Assembly: GCA_965637545.1 (NCBI GenBank)
Contig: OZ281494.1
Location: 10,478,001-10,542,000 of the forward strand
DNA length: 64,000 nucleotides
Origin: Phallusia mammillata
Lineage: Eukaryota
Direction of reading: 5' to 3'
A program made the position numbers and the translations under genes. Shown piece after piece: positions 24,900 through 36,800 of the stretch (position 1 is its first letter; every line of letters begins with the position of its first letter). Under the pieces are notes generated by a model. The model did not search any database and was not told the DNA's origin. It saw only the letters and a program-made list of their open reading frames with translations.

Positions 24900-25006
24900 G
24901 CAGGAACTTGGCCGAATGGTCTGGCGCGCCTGACCCATATACAGACATAAAAAAACTGATCGGGATTCGTCCCCGGGAGTGTCCTGGGTTCGAACCCCGT
25001 GAAAAA
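24900..25006 (+). mobile_element. tRNA-derived SINE-like retroposon
   Basis: A-box-like TGGCCGAATGG, B-box GGTTCGAACCCC, A8 tail, and an 11-bp TSD aaagcgccagg (24889-24899 / 25007-25017). Removing it restores the MS4A last-exon frame. Confidence 0.85.
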
Positions 25007-27079
25007 AAAGCGCCAGGAGGCATTTAACTCCATCTACACGCCCCACTTAACGGATGACAGTCAACCCCCGTTATATGAGTAAAAAAGGGCGAGTCAGCAA
25101 TTTTCATCGATTTAGCGAACATCATCACTGCGCAATGAGATGTACAAAAAAATGTTAGAATCAGCTTCATTTAAAAGAAACACACATGAACAAATTTTGT
25201 AAAAGATGATAGCAATAAGTGTACAAACTACTTCAACACACGACGCTGTTGTTTATATTGTAACAAAATTCAGTAACATACAAGTTTGTTTTCAAATCCA
25301 CAATAAGTTGTTTGTACAAAATATACAAAACCTTGTTGTCACTAATTATAATCTCATTTTTGCGCTATTTAGGTCTTTTAGGTGTCGTCGTAAGTGGACT
25401 TTTGGAACCACCATGACGTGTAATCATAAGTTTTAATTAACGCGCAGTTATCTACCAACGTCAACTTGGCGTAAATGGTCATACGTATTATCAATATTAG
25501 TTCTACTACTAGTTATTTACTTGTACCGACTGTATCATAGGCAGAAAATTGGTTAGAATGTTTAGCGAACAACTGTCCCTTATTTCCAATAACTGAGGCT
25601 TTGAGGAGTGATTTTTTAAAGTATTCGCTTTTGAAGGGTTACCTTGACTGACCTAATCTTGGTACACACCTAAACCGACGACAACATGATATAATTGATT
25701 TACAATGTACTCCAGGATGTAATAACTACAATTTACTATTGGTTATTGTGACGCTTAAGGACTATTTGATTTAATCGACTTCCGTGTGCGTCGAGTCAAC
25801 AATTTTGGAGATAATAACTAATTTTGGCCTCCTATCTTCATTATGGTATAGTTAACGTACAGCAGACTCTAAAAACTTTTTTGATGTCAATAAAAAATAT
25901 TATGTCTTCGCATTTGCCATGTTAATACGTAAAAATGATAGCAACCTTATCCAATTTAAATGTAATCAGTTCGGTTTGACGAGCAAAGGTTATTCTTTTA
26001 TGATGCCAATGTTAGATTACACACTGCAAAAGGGCAATGTAGTTTTCCGCACATTCCCGCAACCAAGCTAAGTACTACGTGACATAAATCATGAGCAAAT
26101 GTTGTAAATTTGGAACTTCTATGTGTGTTTTACACTCATTTAAGTCTGCGAAAATCTTTTTTGGCGACAAACATATAACGGACATCACGTTTTAATGCAA
26201 TATATTGAGCAAAAGGTTATTTCGAAGAAAGGCTGTAATCAGATTTCGGTTGAGTGGTTTTTGGTCAAATATGGTTTTACAGAATTTGCTTTAGATACTA
26301 AATCGGTTAAATATGTATAGCCCTGGGTATAAATAACAAGAAAAACGAGTCACTGTGGTCAGGTCGTGCTTTATTTGTACCCCTGGGGTGTCGATAAACG
26401 TGTGTATCGCTTAACTGAACAATTTTGCCAACAAATTATGCTTGCAGTTTGTCCAAGTGAGAGGAAATTTATAACATACATAACTAACATTTTGTCGGCA
26501 TTTAACCTTGATTTATTGCTGTTTTATATTTACTTGTGTCTGTCGATTTCCGTATTGCACCTTATTTAATTAGCGTGTTTTTTGTATTGTGTGCAACATA
26601 AAAGCTGTTTAAATCAAAAACGTATACCAGACCGGTTTAAGTAAACTTTGTGAAAAAGTTGTCAATTTTATTTTTACCGCTTAATGGAAATGGGAAAGCC
26701 TCACAGGTATTTTAAACGTTGTGGCCGAACACTTTCGCACACGTTACAGTATGTGAGGTACAAGTTTAGAAAAAAAAAACATGCTTATGAATCATACTCA
26801 TCACGTGCGCAACAACAAATAACTAAAACGGGAACAAAAGTATCGAATTATTGTCCTATGTGACGACAAAGTTTGGAATAAGTTATAGCCCCCGGTAGCT
26901 GATTAAAAAAGACACCACACCCTATGTGAGACAAACTTATTTTTGAATTCTTCGTTATCGAGTGCATGTGACGCAGCAACGAGGAAGGTAAACTTATGGA
27001 ATAAAAATAAAAGACAAGGACAAAACAATTTCTGACATTTCCATGAAGTAAACACAGGTATCAACGTGCAAATACACTG

Positions 27080-27235
27080 CGTAGCTTCAGGGCCTAAGAT
27101 TACAGTCAGATTATACTAACTTTAACCTTTCCAATTCTCATGCCTTGGGGCTGAATGTGTCGAATATAAAACGAACCTGAGTTTCGACTTTATTTCAGCT
27201 TTATTTTTGAAAGTCAACTTAGAGAATTCAAAGGT
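27080..27235 (+). promoter_or_regulatory. Putative core promoter and non-coding first exon of B
   Basis: agcttcagggcctaagattacagtca (~27084-27109) is nearly identical to the inverted copy upstream of C (~37858-37888); TATAAAA at 27165; donor aaag|gtaagt near 27233. Confidence 0.55.
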
Positions 27236-27339
27236 AAGTGTGTTATATGCACTAAAATATAACATTCAGTGATAACTGTTTCTTATGTGCGTTAAAAGTC
27301 GTCATTTTGTACTTTGCAGAGTAACAGCGACATACGATC

Positions 27340-30300
27340 ATGAAAACATTACTGTTTCTTGCGGTGTGTTTAGTTGTTGTCCAAGGTTGGTACCGAAGTT
27401 TTTATTAATGCCTTAATTTTGTTAAAACGTTGCCCAACTGATGTAGCACATGTGTATTGTGTTCAAACGGCGCAGTCGACGTATTGCATTTAAGATTATT
27501 TTACGCCTGCAGTAAATTTTACCTTTATGTTTGATGAAACAGGCTTTTCTTGAGTTACTGTAAAATAAGATTTCTATGAATTACAACTATAATCAATATA
27601 CACGATTTTTCATTCATAAAAATACGATTTTTTTTAGTCGGTATCGGGTCTCCTAGGTCACCTAAACCAAGTGGGGTAAACACTGACCGTCGAGACAATT
27701 CAAAACAGCGTTGCATGGCGAAATGCACCTCATCGAACAAGTGCCCTGTTCGCGAACCTGACAGCGATGCTGTGCAGGACCAACGGCAAGACTGCAAGGA
27801 CTGCCTTACAAATGCCTGTGGTACGTCTTAGCTAACCGTACGAAGTTAATGTGACATTGTTAATTGTATTTAAACTGCAAATTAAATTAGACCAGATGAT
27901 AGAATCGTCACTTGTACAAATGGACTGCATCGCTTTTGGGCATTTAAGTATATTTTGTAAAAGCATAGAGCCAATAAATGATAAGCTGCAGACAGTGCAC
28001 ACTGTTTCGACCTATAAGGTCTCATCAGTGCAGCAGCGGTAACGAGAGATCGGCCGCATTGGCTAGTGTAGCCATTCAACGGCACTACAGTTTGTTGGGA
28101 GCACAGGGTACAACCCCATGCATCACCTAGTCTGAGCGATGCCACAACTGGACTTGGGAACCACAGTACTGTGACACTGAGCCGACTTCACTGTGGTTCC
28201 CAAGCAGTTGCTTGGCCATTGTGAGCCAGTTTCATCTGTGCTGTATGTCCAGTTGTGGCATCGCTCAGACTAGGTGATGCATGGGGTTGTACCCTGTGCT
28301 CCCAACAAACTGGAGTGCCGTTGAATGGCTACACTAGCCAATGCGGCCGATCTCTCGTCACCACTGCACTGATGAGACCTTATAGGTCGAAACAGTGTGC
28401 ACTGTCTGCAGCTTAAGTATATTTTTGTTTATAGGTTACTTTGACCGGTCTAATAAAAGCACAGTTCAAGATTGTGTAGAAAATGCAAGACCAAGTTGTG
28501 CGGCCTGTCCCACCCCTTCGCCAGTTGAACGAGCGGTCAAAGCTAAATGCAACAGATGCGTCAAAAAATGCAGGTCAAAAAGCCGTAAGTTTTGTTTTTT
28601 ATTGGTAATATTATTATTATTTTGTTAATTCAACAGTTAAAGCTGCACTTTGAAAAAGTTGTGATTACCATTTTACTAAAATGATTGGTTTTGTACAATA
28701 GGGGCTAAAACTGCAAAACATTTTTTAGGCTTCATTGCAATCATGTTCATCTTAAACAATTAAAAAAATCTAATCTTTAGTGATTTTTTTAGCTCGTTCG
28801 CCAAAGCCTGGACGCCGTGACCGAGGTAAGTGATGCATTTCATTTTTTTTACTTTTTTAATCTGTAAATGTTTGTGATGTTTTTAGATGCTTGAAATATT
28901 TAAAACCAAACGTAACGTTTTAACACACAGATCTATGTTTTGCAACACATATCTGATAAAAGAGTTATTTGTTCATGACTTTTCTCCTTTAAGGTCCAAA
29001 TTATTGCGTCTTTACTTAATTTGTAGATTTTGAATAAACTTTAGCTTGTCGGATTTTATATATTTTTTCGCATAAGTAACAAGGGGCTAACCAATAAAAC
29101 TTATATTACTGACGCTAGAAATTCAACCGTTTTACAGATTCAGGAACTGCAAGCAAATCACCGAAGCCAAAACGCCAATGCTATAAATCGTGCATCAAAA
29201 CTGCGAACTGCACAAGCTTAAATGTTGTCAAGGAGCAGATGAAGGCGGCTAGAAATGCCTGCAGAGAATGCGTGAAGGAGATTTGTGGTAAGAACAACTT
29301 CTTTACTTAAGTTTGTAGTTCATGAAAAGTTAAGATAGTACATTTTATGGTTTAATTTAAGTTTTATAATCTAATGTTTCAATGAAGCCCCAAAGTGTTG
29401 CCCATCGTGTTTTATTTTTTTCTGCTTCATTTCGCATTAAACGAATAGACAAAATGAAAACTCAACAACATTAATTCGTGATAAAAATGTGTGACACATT
29501 TAATTTTGTTTTTTGTCAAAAATTACAAGATCCCGCTTAACGCTAATTTTTTATGTCATAATTTTAATGCAGGCCCGTACGACAAGACCAACCGCAGCGA
29601 AATTGCTGAGTGCATAAAAGATGCCAGAGAAGAATGTGACGAGTGCCCTCCAGTGCCTGTTCAAGATCAAGTTGAAAAAAAGAAATGCAAAGTCTGTCTT
29701 CGAAAATGCTCACCAAAGCCCGGTAAACTATTGCTGATGCAACACCAACGTCGTAAAACATTTCTAATATTTTTAAACTTAAGATGCCCATATTGGCCAA
29801 ATGACTATAGTACATGAACTTATTGATAATGACCTACAAACTTTTAATCAGATTTGCCAACGTAACTGGTACATATAGCTTAAAAGGCTCAACGCACCAT
29901 ACTATTGGCATTGGATTTCTTTGACCTGACAGAACAGAAACTATATCGGTATAACTATATGTCTACCAAAAATCGGTATCGATCTTAAATATCGTATCGG
30001 TCGATTCCAACTGTAAACACGTGTCACGTCAAAATAGCTTTAATTTAGTAGACCAAAATTTATTATTCACGAAACGTTACACACTCATATCACGAACTCA
30101 CTTTTGTCTTGCAAAAAACACCAGATTGTTCACTTTTATGTAACATATAGTCAAATTCCTGTTTTAGCTGGTCGTGCAGCACGCAGATTGGGAAACATAC
30201 GCGGCTCTAATCGTGGAGAAGGGTCAGCAGGTCGCCGGGAAAGCTCGTTGGAGTTTCTTTTAAGAATGGCCAAATGTATTCGGAATCGTCCTGTTTGCAA

Positions 30301-31488
30301 ATCCTGTCCCAAACCACAGGTCATGAGAAAGAAGTTGCAAAACGCAACAAAGGCTTGCAGAGCATGTGTTAAGGAGGAGTGTGGTAAGTAAGACAAAAAT
30401 GATTTTCATTAAACATGGTTTTCGTTGTTTGCTGTGGTTCATATGATGTGTGGCAAATTTTATGTTTATAACTGTACTAAATTACCAAAGATTAAGCATA
30501 GCACACTGGACAAGTAGATGTATTTGCAACAGCATAATTTAATACAAAAACAACATTTACTGTTAACTATTAAAATACAAATTGTTGGTAGAATTCAGTG
30601 ATATTCAACCGGTGTTTCGCATAAAATTTATTAGTTTGACTACATTTTAGTTTGGTGTTCTGCAAGATCTTTTTAATGCATCTAGTGTTCTTTAAAATAC
30701 TGGTATAATTAATGATTGTTTACAATTACATTTCTTTTCAGGTGACATTGATCGTAGTAACAAGACCGAAGTGGCGGAGTGTGTCCAAGAAGCGAGAGGT
30801 GACTGTACTTATTGTCCTCCCATCAGTGAAGAGGATCAAAGAAACAAAAAGAACTGTAGCAAGTGTCTAAAGGGTTGTGCATTTTCCAAGGGTTAGTTTT
30901 TTGTAAATGAGCTTAGTTCAATTGCCCATTAGCACCCATTGCAATAAGGTATTTTTAGTCACGTAATAACTTATTTAAAAGTTACTACAAGTATAACTTA
31001 TAACCACGGCCAAATAACTTATTTACATCTGCCTTAAACGTACATTGCGTGTTTTCCTTGAAAAAAAAGTGTTTGAAATTTTCTGTTTAACGACGTATAA
31101 CAATTGCAAGCCGGCCTGAACTCGGTCCGTAGGCACGAACTGTTTTGATACAAATCCTATACTAGGCACGACAGTTGTTGAAATAACGACAAGAATATGT
31201 TTTTTTTTTCAAACAAAGCCTGAACCTAACCCGACTTACATTTTTGTAACAAATGTACTGAAACTATCTTAATGATACTTTCTATTTTCTTCAACATTTT
31301 ATCGCTTAGGGATTGATTGATTAAACAAACAAAACTTATTTGCAACAGGGGTAAGCTTTTTCCTGGGCGGGATACTTTCGAGATTATATGGACATCCAGG
31401 CCAATCAAGACCCTCCTTTTCACTCCCTTGGCCGCCAACGCCAGGTCGAAACAACAGAGGCACACCAAGGGGTGGACTATACATTTAG
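27340..31488 (+). CDS. Secreted six-module Cys-rich protein, divergent compact paralogue B (9 coding exons, ~405 aa)
   Basis: Exons 27340-27385 (MKTLLFLAVCLVVVQ), 27638-27820, 28435-28584, 28793-28825, 29138-29287, 29573-29722, 30168-30383, 30742-30891, 31349-31488 (..PRGGLYI*). All phase 1, GT-AG, frame open. Same A-B-A-B-A'-B module order as A1-A3 but without the long Gly/Pro repeat. The last exon is supported by an in-frame homologous exon in paralogue C. Confidence 0.88.
27984..28413. mobile_element. Long-hairpin MITE with ~185-bp terminal inverted repeats, TA-flanked
   Basis: agctgcagacagtgcacactgtttcgacc... is mirrored almost perfectly by ...ggtcgaaacagtgtgcactgtctgcagct. TA on both sides suggests a Tc1/mariner-like TSD. 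A second inner inverted repeat (ttgggaaccacagt / actgtggttcccaa) is present. Confidence 0.88.
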
Positions 31489-32249
31489 AATTGACACGAA
31501 TGAAACCAAAACACCTTTTCTTGTAAAACATGACCAAATAAAAAAAATGTTTGTTATAAACATCAAACTAGTAATCATTGCTGTAGTGTTATGATTTGTT
31601 TCTCTTCAACATATATTTTTAAGTTACACGTTGTGGTTGATTTGATTGCACAAACGATGGGCGCAACTGTTGTTGTTTAATGATCTTTTAAGTGTAGACT
31701 GGAATAAACCAATGCATCATATGACGAGTAGCCAGTGAGACAGGTAGAGAGTTAAAAACAAGTCAAGAGTTTTTTGTTATTTTTATAACAAAACCTCACC
31801 CAACCATTGCCACAATCATCAAATTTTCAAACCATTTTCCATCCAAATTGGTGCTAATATTTTTTGCATTAGCTACAGGTATTCACCAAAATTCAATTTA
31901 ACTTTTGATGTAATTTACTAATTTTAGGTGATGTGAAAAACGTGCTCCGATAATTTTTACAATAAAAAAGCATAGCAACGAAGAACCGGGCGTTCTTCGT
32001 CACTTTTCAAACCCAGCTACCCACTCTAAACTAATACGTTTTTGAATAGTGTTATCCTATTAAAATAAAGTGTTAATATCAGGTGGAAGTAAGAAGTGTC
32101 CCAGATCATCCACACTCGAAATTTCACTAATTTAATCAATATTATAAAATGAAAAGTCTAAAAACTGATTTCTATTCACATCGATACTTTCTGTTGAACT
32201 TGACAGGTCACAAAGCGAAAAAAAATTATTGGGTTATTTAGTTCGGCGC

Positions 32250-33660
32250 AAAAAGGCTACAGCCAGGTTTTTTTCAAAAACGGGGTCAAAATTAGTGGTT
32301 TCCGATTCCGTTTTAAACCGGTTTGGAGGTTCGGTGGGAGGCAGAAACAGGTTTTTCCGTTTTTGGAAGTTTTGGAAAAAAACAGGATTTTTGGAAGTCA
32401 AAAAAATGAAGAAAAATCCGGTTTTGCATGGCTTTCATTCCAGTTTCAAACTGGTTTTAGCTGGTTTCAGTCTCCTACAAAACTTTCAAACCGGTTTAAA
32501 CCGGAATCGGAAACAACTAATTTTGACCTGATTTTCGAAAAAAAAAAAAAGGCAATAGCCCTTCCGTTTTTTCGTTTTTTGGGAGTCAAAAAATGAAGAA
32601 AAATTCGGTTTTGAGTGGCTTTTCGCCGGAATATTTAGTTTCAAACCGGTTTCAGCCGGTTTCTGCCTTCTACCAAACCTCCAAACCAGTTCAAAACGGA
32701 ATCGGAAACAACTATTTTTAACGCGATTTTCGAAAAACCCTAAGGCTGTAGCCTTTCCGTTTTTTTTCCATTTTTGGGAGTTTTGGGGGAAAAAACAGGA
32801 TTTTTGGAAGTCAAAAAAATGAAGAAAAATCCGGTTTTGCATGGCTTTCATTCCAGTTTCAAACTGGTTTTAGCTGGTTTCAGTCTCCTACCGAACCTCC
32901 AAACCAGTTCAAAACGGAATCGGAAACAACTAATTTTGACCCGATTTTCAAAAAAAAACAAAGGCAATAGCCGTTCCGCTTTTTCGAATTTTGGGAGTCA
33001 CAAAATTGAAGAAAATCCGGCTTTGGGTGGTTTTAGCCGGAATATTCCAGTTTCAAACAGGTTTTAGCCGGTTTCTGCCGCCTGCAGAACCTCCAAACCG
33101 GTTTAAAGCGCAATCGGAAACAACTAATTTTGACGCGATGTTCGAAAAATCCTAAGGCTGTAGCCATTCCGTTTTTTCGAACTTTGGGAGTCAAAAAATG
33201 AAGAAAAATCCGGTTTTGGGTGGGTTTTCGCCGAAATATTCCAGTTTCAAACTGGTTTTAGCCGGTTTCTGCCTAGTCCTACCGAACCTCCGGTTTCTGC
33301 CTCCTACCGAACCTCCAAACCGGTTTAAACCGGAATTGGAAACAACTAATTTTGACCCGATTTGTTTAAACGAAAACAACTAATTTTGACGCAATTTGTT
33401 TAAACCGGAATCGGAAACAACTAATTTTCACCTGATTTTAGAAAAAATCCTAAGGCTGCCTCCTACCGAACCTCCAAACCGGTTGAAACTTGAATCTGAG
33501 CGACATAAATTTTTCCCCATCTTTCAAAAAAAAAAACCTAAGGCTTTAGCCTTTCCTTTTTCGGAATTCGGGCGTCAATAAATTGGAGAAAATTCCGGTT
33601 TCGGGTGGGTTTTGCTGAAATAATCCGGTTTCAAACTGGTTTTCTACACTACCTAACCCT
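32250..33660. repeat. Satellite-like element of ~190-bp units (about 7), first unit inverted
   Basis: The motif gaagaaaaatccggtt recurs near 32408, 32596, 32821, 33009, 33200; ccgaacctccaaaccggtttaaaccggaatcggaaacaactaattttgac recurs. 32250-32350 is the reverse complement of the later units. Confidence 0.85.
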
Positions 33661-33853
33661 GTGCTTGTCCGTCATATGATGCATTTCTTAATTTCTGACG
33701 ACAATTTGAAGATTATTAAATAGCAAGTAGTGTCCATCGTTGGTGCAAGCACAAACCAACCAGGACGTGCAATTGTTGAAATATATGTTGAGTACAAAAC
33801 AATTCATAATACTACAGATGTTATTCTACAAAAGGTGATTCCTTGTGTACATT

Positions 33854-36800
33854 CTAAATGTACAGTCCCCCATATGGTTGCCTTCTTGGTTCGATCCTGT
33901 TGTTCAGACCTGGAATTGGTCGACAAGGGTGGCCCAGTACTATAATAAGGGGTGGTATTCTTTGTGTTGGTTGTAAGAATATAAAATGAAGGATCCCGCT
34001 CCGAAAGAAAGACATTCCTGTTGAAAATTATTTTGTTTGTTTAATCGATTTTCAAACAATTAATGACAGACAATAAGAGCGGTCATAATTGTTTTTAGAC
34101 ATTTGTTTTATGGCGTTAAACAGGAGAAATGCAAATACATTCTTTTTATCAAATCTGAAAACACACAATTACCTTGAGTTTGCAGTATGGATTTTCGTGT
34201 CATTTATGAATGAATCTTAGACTTAAATGTGCGCTGTGTTTTGTTACATTGCATTCTAATTGGTAATTCACTATTCGTACTTTTCTATGTATATTTATAA
34301 CAAAACTAGCCTTTGGAAAATGCACACCCCTTCAGACACTTTCTGCAGCTCTTTTTGTTTCTCTGTTCCTCTTCACTGATCGGAGGACAATAAATACAGT
34401 CTCCTCTCGCTTCTTGGATACATTCCCCCATTTCGGTCCTGTTACTAATATTAATATCACCTGAAAACAAATTTAATCTTAAATAACGCATAATACCAAC
34501 ATGTTGTGCATAATTGTGCTGTAGCAAATGTTTTTATTCCCAGTGCGCTACGTTTGAAGTTTTTGATTAGAATACTTGCAACTTTAAAAAGCTGAACAAA
34601 ACGTCATACGGACGACATAAAGGTTAGGTCAAACGTAAAAATAGGTTGTTGACAATTACTTGTTTTTCTGACTTACCACAATTCATCTTAACACATGCTT
34701 TGCAAGCCTTTGTTGCGTTCTGCAACTTCTTTCTCATAGCCTGTGGTTTAGGACAAGATGCGCAAATTGGACGATTCCGAACACATTTGATCATTCTAAA
34801 AAAAAGTCACCAGCTAATCCTCCTCCCCGATTAGAGCCGCATCTGTTTCCGGATCCACGTCCTCTACTACCAGCTAAAACAGGAAGGAATTTGTTTTGAT
34901 TATACCCAAAAGAGAACAATGTGGTGTTTTTGGCAACACAAAAGTTTGTTATTAATTCAAATCAGTGGCGGTATTCAATTTTTTTGTCAGCCGGTTCTAT
35001 CACAAAAGTGAAAATTTTCAGCCGGTTCTGTTACAAAAAGTCTATTGACAACTGGTTCGCTGATCTCAGAAAATTTCGTGAGACGGTTTTGCAGAACCGA
35101 ACCGGCCGAATCCCACCACTGATTCGAGTATGCAAAGTTTCTTTTATTATTATTTTTAGACTAACAAATTAGAGCGTTCTGACAGAACACGTGTCTATAA
35201 TTGGAATCGACCGATGGGTTTTTTTAAGGCCGATATTCAAGGCCGCGAACAATATTTTTTCTGTACTGTCGGCTTAAAAAAACACAATACCTATAATATA
35301 TTGCGTTTGGGGTTTCAAGCCATGTATACCAGTTTATTTGGCAGATTAAAAACTTGTGTGTGCTGCTAATATCAATAAGTACATGCATTGTTCACATGGT
35401 CGCTTGAATAATGGATATCTAAATTTAAAAAAGCACATTTGAAGTGTTGTAGTACGCTGGTTTAGCATCAGATCAGATAACCTGAATTCGGTAAGCACTT
35501 TCGAAGACAGACTTTGCACTTCTTTTTTTCAACTTGATCTTGTACAGGCACTGGAGGGCACTCGTCACAATCTTCTCTCGCATCTTTTATGCATTCAGCA
35601 ATTTCCCTGCGATTGGTCTTTCCGTACAGACCTACAATATATAATGACTATATCTGGAATTAGGTGTTACTAGGATCTGACTCTATTTGAATTGAATGTA
35701 AAAACCGAAACAAAGTGCGGTATTTTTTCAAGCATATAATTTGTGTTTTTTTGATTAGCCTCAATAAAGACAAACTTTTATGTGGCAAAAATGCGATATG
35801 TAGCACAAAAGCCGTAACGTGTAGCAAAAGAAAGTTTTTTTTTAAAAGAAAAAATATGGTTCCATTGAAATATCAAACTATAAAAGTAAGTTTAGAAACT
35901 ATCGGATTAAACTACAAAATGCACCATCTTGTCTTCGCCATTTTAGCCATATTCCTTCCATTTATCAAACACACCCCTTCCAGTGCTGGAAATTCAACAA
36001 ACGAATAACTCCCAGAACTTCGAAATTGTGATTTCCGGAGCCCAATCATAGAGCAAACCTAATTGCACATGTTGTTCTTACCACAAGTCTTCACCACGCA
36101 TTCTTTACATGCATTTCGAGTCGATTCCATTTGTTCCTTGACAACACTTAATCCTGTGCAGTTTCCAATTGCAACGCACGATTTATAGCATTGGCGCTTT
36201 GCCTTCGTTGATTGACTTTCAGTTCCTAAATCTATGAAACTATGGTTATATTTCCAGCGTTAGCAACAGAAACACATTAAGTGGTTAACTGCTAGTTTCT
36301 TGTACAAAGTTATTTAAGTATATTAAGCCAGACAAGTCCAACCTTTTTTAAGTCAAATAAACAAAATGAAACACTTTTGTAAACTGATACTCAAATAAGG
36401 TGACAAAAATGCATGCAGTTTTTCTTTTTGATTAAAGTGATGATTACAAAAAAGTAATAGCAAAACTTACGGCTGTTCGACGTGCATATATTCACGCAAT
36501 TGCTGCATCTAAAGTTGGCCACTCGTTCACGTGGCGAAGGAGTAGAACAGGACTTACAAGTTGACTTCGCTTGTTCCAAACAAAATTGAGATGAATTGAG
36601 ATTCTACCGAGCTGGTTAAAGTTAACTAAAAGCAAACAAAAAATCCATGAATATTAAAAACGATTTTGAACATTTGTGTATGTGAAAATTCTGCCTTGTC
36701 ATTTACTTTCTTATTTGACAGGTTAATTCAGTAGTTTCCAACCGAGGCGGAAATCCTCGTTAGGGACAACTTTTAAAACTTGAGGGTAATAATTTTCTCG

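Larger units (their letters stand above)
24170..25082 (+). pseudogene. Inverted MS4A relic (exons 6 and 7 only)
   Basis: 24170-24253 = cag|SLSEGNVMYVTSNQTFGQRSPQTVFQTV, versus M3 exon 6 PLSEGNVMYVRTNQTFGQRSPQTVVETV. After removing the SINE, ~24800-25082 reads ..NSYPTRAVAKRQEAFNSIYTPHLTDDSQPPLYE*. The following ~250 bp resemble the 3' flank of M1 (gcaataagtgtaca..ttcaacaca). No upstream exons or exon-6 donor found. Confidence 0.85.

Noticed and set aside
24900-25006. Functional tRNA gene
   Set aside because: A and B boxes are present but I could not fold an acceptor stem or anticodon arm; the A tail and TSD indicate a retroposed element.
3289-31488. Firm annotation as vanabin
   Set aside because: Only partial Cys-spacing resemblance, recalled from memory. 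Module size, Cys number and architecture differ, so it is kept only as a hypothesis.
32229-33581. ORFs within the ~190-bp array
   Set aside because: They repeat the same low-complexity translation in several frames and on both strands; no domain signal.
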